From an uncultured Ectothiorhodospiraceae bacterium (GTDB lineage Bacteria > Pseudomonadota > Gammaproteobacteria > UBA9214), in the NCBI GenBank assembly GCA_947258615.1, contig CAMYIX010000043.1, forward strand, positions 1,825 to 65,824: a stretch of 64,000 nt of DNA, read 5' to 3'. This document shows, one piece after another, positions 9,278 through 19,997 of the stretch (positions within the stretch are counted from its first letter, which is position 1; every line of letters starts with the position of its first letter). The translations under genes were made by a program, and so were the position numbers. The notes under the pieces were generated by a model that saw only the letters and a list, made by a program, of their open reading frames with translations, was not told where the DNA came from and did not search any database.

Positions 9278-10309
9278 CTATTCCCTGATGCGCCAGTGCA
9301 GCGTCTCCCCCGCATACAGCGGGATGACGCTGGAATCCCCCAGTGGATAGCGCTCCGGCACTTGCCAATCGGCCTTTTCCAGGGTGAGGGTGTTGGTGTT
9401 CGGTGCCAGACCATAGAATGCCGGGCCATGCCGGCTGGCGAAGCCTTCCAGCCGGTCCAGGGCATTGGCCTCATCGAAGGCCTGTGCATAGAGTTCCAGG
9501 GCGGCATGGGCGGTATAGATCCCGGCGCAGCCACAGGCCGATTCCTTGTGTTCGCGGGCATGTGGTGCGCTGTCGGTGCCGAGGAAGAATTTCGGGCTGC
9601 CGCTGGTGGCCACTTCCAGCAGGGCCTCGCGGTGGGCCTCGCGCTTGAGTACCGGCAGGCAGTAGGCGTGCGGCCGGATGCCGCCTATGAACATGTCATT
9701 CCGGTTCAGCAGCAGGTGGTGTGCGGTGATGGTCGCGGCAACCGTGGACGGCGCCGACTGGACGAATGCGATCCCGTCCCGGGTGGTCACGTGTTCCAGC
9801 ACGATCCGCAGCTGCGGGTAGCGGTCCGCCAGTGGCTGCAGATGACGTTCGATAAACACTGCCTCGCGGTCAAAGACGTCGACGTCGCTGTCGGTGACCT
9901 CGGCGTGAACCAGCAGGGGCAGGCCGACCTCAGCCATGGCCTCGAGGGCCGCATAGGTGTTGCTGATCCGGGTGACCCCCGCATCGGAGTGGGTGGTCGC
10001 CCCTGCCGGGTAGAGCTTGACGGCATAGATGTGGCCGCTCTGTTTTGCCCGCCGTATCTCCGCAGCCGGGGTGTTGTCGGTCAGGTACAGGGTCATCAGG
10101 GGCGTGAAATCGGAGCCTGGCGGTGAGGCCGCCAGTATGCGTTCCCGGTAGGCGAGCGCCTGTTCCGTGGTGGTGACCGGCGGCTTCAGGTTCGGCATGA
10201 TGATGGCGCGTTTGAACTGGCGCGCCGTGTGCGGGACGACATCCTGCAATACCGCGGCGTCGCGGACGTGGAGGTGCCAGTCGTCGGGGCGTACCAGTGT
10301 CAGTTCCAT
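9278..10309 (-). CDS. pyrC: Dihydroorotase (class II)
   Basis: [17 protein letters not shown]...[13 protein letters not shown]...KLYPAGATT...LLVHAE...FLGTDSAPH, 343 aa. Confidence 0.9.
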   Translation of the reverse strand: MELTLVRPDDWHLHVRDAAVLQDVVPHTARQFKRAIIMPNLKPPVTTTEQALAYRERILAASPPGSDFTPLMTLYLTDNTPAAEIRRAKQSGHIYAVKLYPAGATTHSDAGVTRISNTYAALEAMAEVGLPLLVHAEVTDSDVDVFDREAVFIERHLQPLADRYPQLRIVLEHVTTRDGIAFVQSAPSTVAATITAHHLLLNRNDMFIGGIRPHAYCLPVLKREAHREALLEVATSGSPKFFLGTDSAPHAREHKESACGCAGIYTAHAALELYAQAFDEANALDRLEGFASRHGPAFYGLAPNTNTLTLEKADWQVPERYPLGDSSVIPLYAGETLHWRIRE

Positions 10310-11817
10310 GACTGCTCCAGGACGCCCTGCTGCAGCAGCAGGTTCAGGGTGTAGCGTACCCCGAAGCCGGTGGTATCCGTCGGGATGTGCCCCAGGCCGC
10401 CCTTGCGATTGCTGGCCGCCAGGTCCACGTGGACCCAGTTAATGTGGTCGTCGACAAAACGGTTGAGGAAACGCGCGGCCAGTATGTGGTCGGCCTCGCC
10501 GTCCAGGGTGCACTGTTTGGTGTCGGCGAGGGTCGACTTGAGGTCATCATCGAAATCCTTGTCCAGGGGAAACGGCCAGACCCGTTCGCCGCTGTCCCGG
10601 CCGGCCGTGGTCAGGGGCACATGCAGTGCGTCCCGGTTGCTGAACACACCGCTGTAGCGCGAGGACAGTGAATAGATGCAGGCGCCGGTCAGGGTGGCGT
10701 AGTCGATCAGCAACTTGGGTTTTTCCTTGCAGGCCAGGGCCAGGGTGTCGGCAAGCACCATGCGACCCTCGGCATCGGTGTGAATCACCTCGATGCTGGT
10801 GCCATTGCTGGCCTTGATCACGTCATTGGGCTTGTAGGCCTTGCTGCCGATATGGTTCTGCGCCAGTGCCAGCCAGCAGTCAACCGGATGCTCGATCCCC
10901 AGACGGGTCAGTGCCAGCAGGGTCCCCAGGGCCACGGCGCTGCCCTGCATATCCTCGTGCATGCCGTTCATGTAGCGGGCCGGCTTGACGTTCACGCCGC
11001 CGGTATCAAAGCAGATGCCCTTGCCGACCAGTGCCAGGCGCTTGCCGCCGCGACCACCCGGGCGGTAGCGCAGGTGCACAATGCCGGCGTCGTCGACCGG
11101 GCTGGCCTGTGCGACCGCGAGGAAGGCACCGGCCTTCCTGCGGGCCAGTGCCCGGGTGTCCAGGAAGTCCATTTTCCAGCCTTCATCAGCGGCCAGCTGG
11201 CCGACGAATTCACGGTAGATCGCAGGGGTCAGTTCGTTGGCGGGCAGGGCGGACAGCCAGCGCGTGAGGTGATTGCCGATACTCTCGGCCTGCACCTGGG
11301 CCAGGTCTGCCGGTTGTTCCAGACCGTAGATCTCGATGCGCTTCAGTGCGGCGGGTTTATCGGTCTCCGACTTGTAGCTGGGCATCGGGCACACCGCCGC
11401 CAGGATCGCCGCCGTCAGGGTCTCGGTGAGCCGGGTCGCCGTCGGCCGGTCAAATCCGACGATATGCAGCAGCACGGCAGCGGGGTCCTGCGCACGCAAT
11501 TCGGTGGCGATCTTGCGCGCACTGCTCAGGAGTTCGAAGCTGCTGCTATCGGGTTCAGCGGTCTGCAGGATGACACGGGTACCCGTTGCATTGGGCAGGT
11601 CGGTCAGCAGCTGACGGGTGTGCTTGTCCCGGCGCTTGCGGCGCTGGTAGCGGGACTTGAGGACATCGGCGTAGGCCAGTCGTTCCCAATGTGGCTTGCG
11701 CGGCGCATCCGGCACCACCACCACGGCCACCCGGAAGTCGTCGATGCGCCTGCCGTCGGGGTCCTTTGTGTGTTGATTTATCTTGATATTTTCACTGTGT
11801 CGGTAGGGGATTTCCAT
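10300..11817 (-). CDS. Leucyl aminopeptidase family protein (peptidase M17)
   Basis: [16 protein letters not shown]...[13 protein letters not shown]...[12 protein letters not shown], 505 aa. It overlaps the pyrC start by 10 nt. Confidence 0.85.
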   Translation of the reverse strand: MEIPYRHSENIKINQHTKDPDGRRIDDFRVAVVVVPDAPRKPHWERLAYADVLKSRYQRRKRRDKHTRQLLTDLPNATGTRVILQTAEPDSSSFELLSSARKIATELRAQDPAAVLLHIVGFDRPTATRLTETLTAAILAAVCPMPSYKSETDKPAALKRIEIYGLEQPADLAQVQAESIGNHLTRWLSALPANELTPAIYREFVGQLAADEGWKMDFLDTRALARRKAGAFLAVAQASPVDDAGIVHLRYRPGGRGGKRLALVGKGICFDTGGVNVKPARYMNGMHEDMQGSAVALGTLLALTRLGIEHPVDCWLALAQNHIGSKAYKPNDVIKASNGTSIEVIHTDAEGRMVLADTLALACKEKPKLLIDYATLTGACIYSLSSRYSGVFSNRDALHVPLTTAGRDSGERVWPFPLDKDFDDDLKSTLADTKQCTLDGEADHILAARFLNRFVDDHINWVHVDLAASNRKGGLGHIPTDTTGFGVRYTLNLLLQQGVLEQSWN

Positions 11818-12019
11818 ACTTTTTGCCTTGACCTGTTAACGCAAAACACTGATCATATCGCGCTTATTGTGTTTCGGGTACTGCTGTTTCCTTTGTATTC
11901 AGCAAGATGCACGCCCTTCACGGCAATTCCAGGCGCACGCGGGTCCATCCCGGCGAGTTGGCCCTACGCAAAATCTCAAAAATACGTCATGTATGTGACG
12001 AAGGCATGAAACGGACACT

Positions 12020-13012
12020 ATGAAGGTTGCTGATAAAAAACGCTTGTTACGCGAGATGCTGTTTGCCCGGCGTTTCGAGGAACGCTGTTACGAGGCCTAC
12101 GTCGAACGCAACATCGGCGGTTTCCTGCATCTCTACCCTGGCGAGGAGGCCTGTGCCCATGGGGTACTGGAAGCGGCGGAGATGGACGGCGACTACGTCA
12201 TCACCAGTTACCGCGATCACGTCCATGCCATCAAGTGGGGAGCCGACCCCAGGGAAGTCATGGCTGAGCTGTATGCCAAGGAGACCGGCGTCAGCAAGGG
12301 GCGCGGCGGCTCCATGCATATCTTCGATGTCAACAACCGCTTCATGGGTGGATACGCCCTGGTCGGCGGGCCGTTCCCGCTGGCTGCCGGCATCGCCAAG
12401 GCCATCCAGATGAAGCAGGGCAAGGAAATCTGCATCTGTTTTCTCGGCGATGCCGCCAACAACCAGGGCACCTTCCATGAATCATTGAACATGGCCAAGC
12501 TCTGGAACCTGCCGGTCCTCTATGTGTGTGAAAACAATCTCTATGGCATCGGTACCCGCATCGACCGTTCCACGGCCGTGGTGGAGCAGTACAAACGGGT
12601 GTCGGCCTATAACATCCCGTCGGCCCAGGAAGATGGCCAGGATGTCGAAAAGGTCTACAAGGCGGCAACCAAGGCCATCAAGCATGTACGCTCCGGCAAG
12701 GGCCCCTATTTTCTCGAACTGATGACCTACCGCTACCGCGGCCACTCGATGTCGGACTCCAATGCCTACCGCGCCAGGGCGGAGGAACGTATGTGGAGCA
12801 AGCGTGACCCCATCATCATGCTGCGTGATCGCCTGGTCGGGGACGGTCATCTGACCAAGGAAGAATACACGGACATGGATACCGAAATCCTGGACGAGAT
12901 CGAAAACGAGGTGATTGCCTTCGCCAGCGAGTCGCCCGAACCGCAGGTATCGGAAGTCGAACGCTATGTTCTTGCAGAGAATGACCCATGGGTCAGGGGC
13001 GGGGTGCAGTAA
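12020..13012 (+). CDS. pdhA: Pyruvate/2-oxoacid dehydrogenase E1 component, alpha subunit
   Basis: LREMLFARRFEERCYEAYVERNIGGFLHLYPGEEA...GGSMH...GDAANNQGTFHESLNMA...YRYRGHSMSD, carrying the ThDP-binding motif. Confidence 0.9.
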   Translation: MKVADKKRLLREMLFARRFEERCYEAYVERNIGGFLHLYPGEEACAHGVLEAAEMDGDYVITSYRDHVHAIKWGADPREVMAELYAKETGVSKGRGGSMHIFDVNNRFMGGYALVGGPFPLAAGIAKAIQMKQGKEICICFLGDAANNQGTFHESLNMAKLWNLPVLYVCENNLYGIGTRIDRSTAVVEQYKRVSAYNIPSAQEDGQDVEKVYKAATKAIKHVRSGKGPYFLELMTYRYRGHSMSDSNAYRARAEERMWSKRDPIIMLRDRLVGDGHLTKEEYTDMDTEILDEIENEVIAFASESPEPQVSEVERYVLAENDPWVRGGVQ

Positions 13013-13993
13013 ATGGCTGAAATCATGTTCTGGGAGGCAGTGCTGCGCGCCCATGATGAAGAGCTGGCCAATGACCCGATGGTGCTGGTCATGGGCGAGG
13101 ATGTCGGCGTGGTCGGCGGCACCTACAAGGCAACGCTGGGACTCTACGACAAGTACGGCGAAGAGCGGGTCATCGATACGCCGATTTCCGAAAACGGTTT
13201 TACCGGCCTGGGTATCGGCGCCTCCTTCCTGGGTGCGCGTCCCATCATCGAGATCATGTCGGTGAACTTCGCCTGGCTGGCGATGGACCAGATATTCAAC
13301 ACCGCGGCCAAGGTGCGCTACATGTCGGGTGGCCAGCTGGAGGCGCCGGTGGTGATACGTTCGCCGGGCGGCACCGCGCACCAGCTCGGTTCGCAGCACT
13401 CGGCACGCATGGAGAAGGTGTTCATGGGGATCGCCGGTCTGCGTGTAGTCACACCGTCAAATCCGCGCCAGGCCTATGGCCTGCTGAAGTCGGCGGTGCG
13501 CTGCAATGACCCGGTGTTCATCAATGAACACGAACTCATGTACAACATGAAGGGCGAGATGCCGGAAGAGGAATACTTTCACCCGCTGGAGGGTTCCGAG
13601 ATCGTCAGGCCGGGGCGCGATGTGACCCTGTTCGGCTACAACATCTCCGTGCACTGGTGTCTGCAGGCCGCGGATCTGCTATCCAAACATCACGGTATCG
13701 AGGCCGAGGTCATCGACCTGTATGCCCTGAGTCCACTGGATCGTGCGGGCATCCGCGACTCGGTTACGCGCACCCATCGCGCAGTCATTGTCGAAGAGGC
13801 CGAGCCGATGGTGGGCGTGGGCGCGGAGGTGATGGCGATCATCAATGAAGAATGCTTCTTCGAACTGGATGCCGCGCCGGTCCGGGTTTCGGCACTGAAC
13901 GTGCCGATTCCCTACAACCACGCACTGGAGAAGACGGCCTTGCCGGATGCCAACGACGTGGTCGAGGTCGTGCGGACAATGTTCGGCGTCTGA
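13013..13993 (+). CDS. pdhB: Pyruvate/2-oxoacid dehydrogenase E1 component, beta subunit
   Basis: The start directly abuts the pdhA stop. The sequence reads VLVMGEDVGVVGGTYKATLGLYDKYGEERVIDTPISENGFTGLGIGA. Confidence 0.9.
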   Translation: MAEIMFWEAVLRAHDEELANDPMVLVMGEDVGVVGGTYKATLGLYDKYGEERVIDTPISENGFTGLGIGASFLGARPIIEIMSVNFAWLAMDQIFNTAAKVRYMSGGQLEAPVVIRSPGGTAHQLGSQHSARMEKVFMGIAGLRVVTPSNPRQAYGLLKSAVRCNDPVFINEHELMYNMKGEMPEEEYFHPLEGSEIVRPGRDVTLFGYNISVHWCLQAADLLSKHHGIEAEVIDLYALSPLDRAGIRDSVTRTHRAVIVEEAEPMVGVGAEVMAIINEECFFELDAAPVRVSALNVPIPYNHALEKTALPDANDVVEVVRTMFGV

Positions 13994-14013
13994 AGCTATA
14001 TTGTTACTACATC

Positions 14014-14148
14014 TTCACCGCAGAGACGCAGAGGACGCAGAGCACACAAAGACTAAGAATTACCAGCCAAAGCATTAACCCGAGCATCAACATTTGTCTG
14101 TGTTTTTTAAATTCTTGATCTCTGCGTCCTTTGCGTCTCTGCGGTGAG
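14014..14148. repeat. GCAGAG-type inverted-repeat element, copy A (simple form)
   Basis: Left arm ttcaccgcagagacgcagaggacgcagag (14014-14042). Right arm ctctgcgtcctttgcgtctctgcggtgag (14120-14148). An AT-rich 77-bp spacer separates them. Confidence 0.85.
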
Positions 14149-14178
14149 ATTCGAATTCCCATTAAGGAACGGCATTTC

Positions 14179-16842
14179 ATGTCTGAACCCTATGTAATCA
14201 AGATGCCCCAGCTCTCCGACACCATGACGGAAGGTGTTGTCGTCAGCTGGGAAAAGAATATCGGCGATCAAGTCAAGCGTGGCGACATTGTCGCAACGGT
14301 AGAGACCGACAAGGCCGTCATGGATGTAGAGGTGTTCCGCGACGGATTTCTGTCCGGCCCGATTGCACCGGTGGACGCCGTGGTCCCGGTGACCCACGCT
14401 ATGGGCTACCTGGTCGAATCCGCCGATGACGTGGTGCAGGGCGAGGCGGAACAGGCCGCCACGCCGAAGCCCGAAACGGCAGCGGCCGCTGCGCCGGCCG
14501 GGGCAGTCTCGGCACCGGTCACTCCCCAGGCCATTCCACCTGCTGCAGGCAGCACGGCACCGGCGCCGCGTCCGCAGGGTGGCAAGGCCACCCCGCTGGC
14601 GCGCAGGCTGGCCGGTCAGGTCAACGCCGATCTTGATCGCCTGAGTGGCACTGGCCCGGGTGGTGTGATCACGGCAGGCGATATCCAGCATGCCCCGGCC
14701 GCCTATGAGGTCGAGGTGCCGGGCAACGGACGGCCCATGAAGTCGATGGAAAAGGCCATCGCGCGCGCCATGACCACCTCGCTGACCATGCCGACCTTCC
14801 GGGTGAGTTCCCACATCCACCTGCAGACCCTGATGGCCGCCGCCAAGCAGCACGGCGTCTCGGTGACCGTGGCGATCGCGCGCGCCTGTGCGCTGGCCAT
14901 GAAGGAGCACCCCAAGATCAACTGGTGTTATCAGCCGGATGACAGGCTGATCGAGCGTGAGCAGGTCGATATCGGCATGGCGGTGGCCGCCGACGATGGC
15001 GGACTGGTCGTGCCCATCCTGCGCAATGTCGAGTCGCGCGACCTTGGTGAACTGAACAACGACTGGAAGGACCTGGTGGCGCGAGCACGCACCCGCCACT
15101 TGAACCCGGAGGAGTTCACCGGGGCCACCTTCCAGATATCCAACATGGGCATGTTCGACGTCAGCTACTTCGATGCGATTGCCACACCGGGGCTGGCGGC
15201 GATCCTGGCCATTTCCTCCAATACGGATAAGGGCAGCGCCTTCACCATCACGGCGGACCACCGGGTCATCAACGGGGCGGACGTGGCGAAATATCTCTAT
15301 TCCCTGAAGGGGCTGGTTGAACAGCCCTTCGACTGGATGGGGCCGGGTGGCCCGGCCATTCCCGAGGGCGACTGGGACTACGACGTGGTGGTAATCGGCG
15401 GCGGACCCGGTGGGGAAGACTGTGCCCGCGACCTGGTCGGCCATGGCCTGAAGGTCGCGCTGGTCAACGACTCAGCCTTCCCGGGGGGCGAATGCCTGTG
15501 GCGTGGCTGCATCCCCTCCAAGGCCTGGCGGGCGGCGGCCGATCGCATGCGCGACCGCGCCGAGGATGCCCACCTCGGTGTGACCGGGACCAACAAGGCC
15601 CGGCTGGTCTGGAAGGAGCTCGAGAAGACCCGGCGCGGTGTCCTCGAGACCCGCGGCGGCATGGCATTGAAGACCGACAAGGGCGTCAGGATCAACTATA
15701 TTCACGGTTTCGGGCAGTTTGTCGACGACCATCACCTGGCCATCCATACCTCCACCAACCAGGATGATCCGCATACCCGCGCGGCCATACCGACGGCCGA
15801 TCCGGAGAAGACCATCAGCTTCGGCTGCGCCGTGATTGCCACCGGTGCGCCGCCCTTCGTGCCGCCGATCCCCGGGGCCAGGGAAGGACTTGAAAATAAC
15901 GGCGTGCTGACCTCGGACACCGTGTGGGCTCTGGAGAGCCCGCCGAAGCGGCTCGCCGTGATCGGCGCCGGCGCCATCGGCGTGGAAATGGCGCAGATCT
16001 TCCAGGACTTCGGCAGCAGGGTCACCCTGCTGGAGGCGCAGGAGCGTATCCTGGCCGAGGTCGAGCCCGAGATCGCAAACAGCCTGGCGGCCATCCTCGC
16101 CGACGAGCCGCGCCTGGACGTGCATACCTCTGCCGCAGTGAACCGGATCTCCGGCGAACCCGGCGCCATGAAACTCGCCTATACCGATGTGCAGGGCAAG
16201 AAGCGCACCCTTACCGTGGACCATGTCATCATGGCCACCGGCAAGCGCCCGGTCCTGGACGGCCTGGGCCTGGAGGCGGCAGGCGTGGCCAGCGAGGCCG
16301 GCATTGTCACGGCCGATGCCCGCTGCCGTACCAATGTGCCGCACATCTTTGCCCTGGGTGATGTCATCGGCGGCCTGATGCTGGCGCACACGGCCGGACA
16401 CCAGGGGCGGGTATCGGCCGCCACCATCCTGGGCGAGAACATGAAGTACGACCAGGACAGGGACTGCGGCGTCATCTTCAGCCGGCCCCAGGCGGCCTTC
16501 GTGGGCCTGTCGGTCGCGCAGGCGAAGGCGCAGGGGATCGATGCCGTGGAGGTGAAGGTGCCCATGAATATCGATGCCAAGGCGATGATCAACAACGAGA
16601 CCCACGGCATGATCAAGATCGTGGCGGACAAGGCCACGCACCGGATCCTGGGGGTGCATTTCCTCGCTGACCACGCCGACACCCTGATCGGTGAGGCGGT
16701 GATGATGGTCTCCGGCAACCTGACGCTGGAACAGGTCGCCGAGGCGATCCACCCGCACCCGACCCAGACCGAACTGTTCGGCGACATGGCGCGCCGCCTG
16801 CTGTCACGCCTGCGCCGCAGCCGGAAAAAGGCGAAGGCCTGA
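14179..16842 (+). CDS. Fused dihydrolipoamide acyltransferase (E2) and dihydrolipoyl dehydrogenase (E3)
   Basis: One uninterrupted frame contains, in order: a lipoyl domain (VETDKAVMDVE), an Ala/Pro linker, a subunit-binding domain (ATPLARRLAGQVNADLDRLSGTGPGGVITAGDI), and an E2 catalytic domain ending DHRVINGADVAKYL. After a linker come the E3 FAD site DVVVIGGGPGG, the redox disulfide GGECLWRGCIPSK, the NAD site VIGAGAIGVE and the C-terminal HPHPTQTE dyad. The start was chosen at MSEPYVIKMP. Confidence 0.85.
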   Translation: MSEPYVIKMPQLSDTMTEGVVVSWEKNIGDQVKRGDIVATVETDKAVMDVEVFRDGFLSGPIAPVDAVVPVTHAMGYLVESADDVVQGEAEQAATPKPETAAAAAPAGAVSAPVTPQAIPPAAGSTAPAPRPQGGKATPLARRLAGQVNADLDRLSGTGPGGVITAGDIQHAPAAYEVEVPGNGRPMKSMEKAIARAMTTSLTMPTFRVSSHIHLQTLMAAAKQHGVSVTVAIARACALAMKEHPKINWCYQPDDRLIEREQVDIGMAVAADDGGLVVPILRNVESRDLGELNNDWKDLVARARTRHLNPEEFTGATFQISNMGMFDVSYFDAIATPGLAAILAISSNTDKGSAFTITADHRVINGADVAKYLYSLKGLVEQPFDWMGPGGPAIPEGDWDYDVVVIGGGPGGEDCARDLVGHGLKVALVNDSAFPGGECLWRGCIPSKAWRAAADRMRDRAEDAHLGVTGTNKARLVWKELEKTRRGVLETRGGMALKTDKGVRINYIHGFGQFVDDHHLAIHTSTNQDDPHTRAAIPTADPEKTISFGCAVIATGAPPFVPPIPGAREGLENNGVLTSDTVWALESPPKRLAVIGAGAIGVEMAQIFQDFGSRVTLLEAQERILAEVEPEIANSLAAILADEPRLDVHTSAAVNRISGEPGAMKLAYTDVQGKKRTLTVDHVIMATGKRPVLDGLGLEAAGVASEAGIVTADARCRTNVPHIFALGDVIGGLMLAHTAGHQGRVSAATILGENMKYDQDRDCGVIFSRPQAAFVGLSVAQAKAQGIDAVEVKVPMNIDAKAMINNETHGMIKIVADKATHRILGVHFLADHADTLIGEAVMMVSGNLTLEQVAEAIHPHPTQTELFGDMARRLLSRLRRSRKKAKA

Positions 16843-16851
16843 AACAGATTA

Positions 16852-17007
16852 TTCACCGCAGAGACGCAGAGAGCGCAAAGAACATCAAATAAATGATTGC
16901 TTATGATGTGTTCAGGATGCCTGGCAGCCGATACAAGCAGGAATCAATTATTGTTTTTCTTATTTCTAAATGTTTTTACTTTGCGCTCTCTGCGTCTCTG
17001 CGGTGAA
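16852..17007. repeat. GCAGAG-type inverted-repeat element, copy B (simple form)
   Basis: Arms ttcaccgcagagacgcagagagcgcaaag (16852-16880) and ctttgcgctctctgcgtctctgcggtgaa (16979-17007). Confidence 0.85.
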
Positions 17008-17033
17008 ATTTATTCTCCTAATGGACCCTGACT

Positions 17034-18245
<1,212 letters not shown>

Positions 18246-18373
18246 AGGCGAGCGGTCGCCGCCGGAGGGCGACCTCCCGATCAGGGCCGTCGTCAGCGAG
18301 GGCCGTGCCTCCCGCCGGAAGGAATTCATTCACTGACTGCCCTCACGTGCGGGGGCTAAACGGGGAATAAATA

Positions 18374-18760
18374 ATGCGACTGCTACATACCATGCTGCGC
18401 GTTGGCAACCTGGAACGCTCCATCGATTTCTATACCCAGGTGCTGGGCATGAAGCTGCTGCGCCAGAAGGACTATCCGGATGGAAAATTCACCCTGGCCT
18501 TCGTCGGGTATGGCGACGAGGCCGACAACAGCGTCATCGAGCTGACCCATAACTGGGATACCGACCGCTACGATCTGGGTGAGGGCTATGGACACATCGC
18601 CATCGAGGTCGATGACGTCTACGAGGCGGTCAGGGAGCTGCAGTCACGCGGCGGCAAGGTGATCCGCGATGCCGGACCGATGAACGCCGGCACCACCATT
18701 ATCGCGTTTATCGAGGATCCGGACGGCTACCCGATCGAACTGATCGGCAAGAAACACTAG
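18374..18760 (+). CDS. gloA: Lactoylglutathione lyase (glyoxalase I)
   Basis: [47 protein letters not shown]...IELTHNW...GHIAIEVDD, 128 aa. Confidence 0.9.
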   Translation: MRLLHTMLRVGNLERSIDFYTQVLGMKLLRQKDYPDGKFTLAFVGYGDEADNSVIELTHNWDTDRYDLGEGYGHIAIEVDDVYEAVRELQSRGGKVIRDAGPMNAGTTIIAFIEDPDGYPIELIGKKH

Positions 18761-18809
18761 GTGGCCACTGTGCCCCCTGAAACAGGACGGGCAGCGCTGT
18801 GTTTGCTGT

Positions 18810-18926
18810 TCAGTTCTCGCCCATGAAGGGCAGCGGAATTCCGAGAAAAATCGCCCCGACGGCGGCGACGATGATGACCACCGCAATCACGCTGATCACC
18901 AGCAAGTGGCGTTCATAAGAAAACAT
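18810..18926 (-). CDS. Possible 38-aa single-pass membrane peptide
   Basis: MFSYERHLLVISVIAVVIIVAAVGAIFLGIPLPFMGEN. A GGGGGA sequence lies about 9 nt upstream of the ATG. No homology was recognised. Confidence 0.25.
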   Translation of the reverse strand: MFSYERHLLVISVIAVVIIVAAVGAIFLGIPLPFMGEN

Positions 18927-19029
18927 GCCCGTGTATCCCCCCGTAAAAAATTTTCTGATCGTCGTGCGCGACCTGGAACGACACCAGATTACTGTATAAG
19001 CCGGTTGTTGACAAATTACCAGGGCCCTG

Positions 19030-19932
19030 TCACTGCTGCGTGATGGCCTCTTTCCCGAACAGTCGCAAGGCATTGGTCAGTCGGAGTTTTTCTTCCATTT
19101 CGGGCGGGAGGGCCTTGAGCCAGGCGCGGTGAAAGCCTACGAAGCGTCCGTACTGCTGCCAGCCGGTGTCGGCCTGATCCCAGCTGTCGAGGCGCTCCAC
19201 GGGCCAAACCGGGTCTGAGCCGACCAGAAAGCGATCCGGGTAGCTTTCCAACAACTGGCGCCACTCCGGCAGGAGTCGGCCGTCCCCGCCGGTAATGGGA
19301 TTGTTCACATAACGCCAGGGATCGCGAGCCGACAGTTCGGTCCAGACGCCCGGGCAGGACCCCATGACCTCGGCGACCTGCCCGGGCGTCAGGACGGCAC
19401 CGGCATGTGCCCAGATGATTTTCAATTCAGGGTGCGAACGGCACAGTGCGCCCAGGTGCCGTGTCTCGCTGTATTCCGTGTGCAGCAGCACCGGGACGGC
19501 GTGTTCGATGGCGAGTTCTATCAGGCCACTGATGACCGGTGTCTCCCAGGCCGGGGTAAATCCGCTGATCAGGTGCAGTTCGCCTATGCCATACCAACGG
19601 CCACTGGCCAGTGCATGGCGCGCGCGCTCCAGGACGGACTTGTCGAATGCCCAGGTCGACCAGTCACCCGGTTCACGGTAGGGGCTCCATATCGGGAGTA
19701 TGCGCTGTGGGGCAAGCTGCTGGAGTTTCAGGGCGTGTTCGGCCGGTGTACCGATAACCAGTGCCAGGGCTATGTTATTGGCCAGGAGTATCCGTATGGC
19801 CTCCCCGGCAGGGGTGACCTCCTCCTGGTTCCACTTGAAATGCACATGGATGTCGGCGAGCGGGGGGAGTGCCCGGGCCGGCAGCGGCAGACACAGCAGC
19901 AATAGCAGCAGGGCACGAGGTGCGGGTCGCAT
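19030..19932 (-). CDS. Secreted amidohydrolase-fold (TIM-barrel metal-dependent hydrolase) family protein
   Basis: A signal peptide (LLLLLLCLPLPARA) is followed by ADIHVHF...GIGELH...VLLHTE...IIWAHAG...VGSDPVWP. Confidence 0.7.
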   Translation of the reverse strand: MRPAPRALLLLLLCLPLPARALPPLADIHVHFKWNQEEVTPAGEAIRILLANNIALALVIGTPAEHALKLQQLAPQRILPIWSPYREPGDWSTWAFDKSVLERARHALASGRWYGIGELHLISGFTPAWETPVISGLIELAIEHAVPVLLHTEYSETRHLGALCRSHPELKIIWAHAGAVLTPGQVAEVMGSCPGVWTELSARDPWRYVNNPITGGDGRLLPEWRQLLESYPDRFLVGSDPVWPVERLDSWDQADTGWQQYGRFVGFHRAWLKALPPEMEEKLRLTNALRLFGKEAITQQ

Positions 19933-19954
19933 GTGGCGGTGCCGTTACGGCTTC

Positions 19955-19976
19955 CCCGGGGCGCATGCGCCCCGGG
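19955..19976 (-). terminator. Perfect 22-nt GC palindrome between two same-strand genes (hairpin, no U-tract)
   Basis: cccggggcgc-at-gcgccccggg sits 22 nt downstream of the stop of the 19998-20696 gene. Confidence 0.35.
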
Positions 19977-19997
19977 AGGAAGCGTCGGTTTCTTCAG

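Noticed and set aside
10780-12009. 409-aa plus-strand ORF
   Set aside because: It is antisense to the M17 aminopeptidase gene and runs into the pdhA upstream region, with no recognisable motifs.
15340-15385. E2-E3 junction as a trivial missed stop or frameshift
   Set aside because: Reading the nucleotides shows a continuous frame through the linker with no stop in frame. An assembly error cannot be excluded without reads, so the fusion is reported as a finding rather than dismissed.
14107-16758. Two long minus-strand ORFs (445 aa and 428 aa) opposite the E2-E3 gene
   Set aside because: They are antisense to a gene with complete lipoyl, E2 and E3 motif sets, and their composition is non-coding-like.
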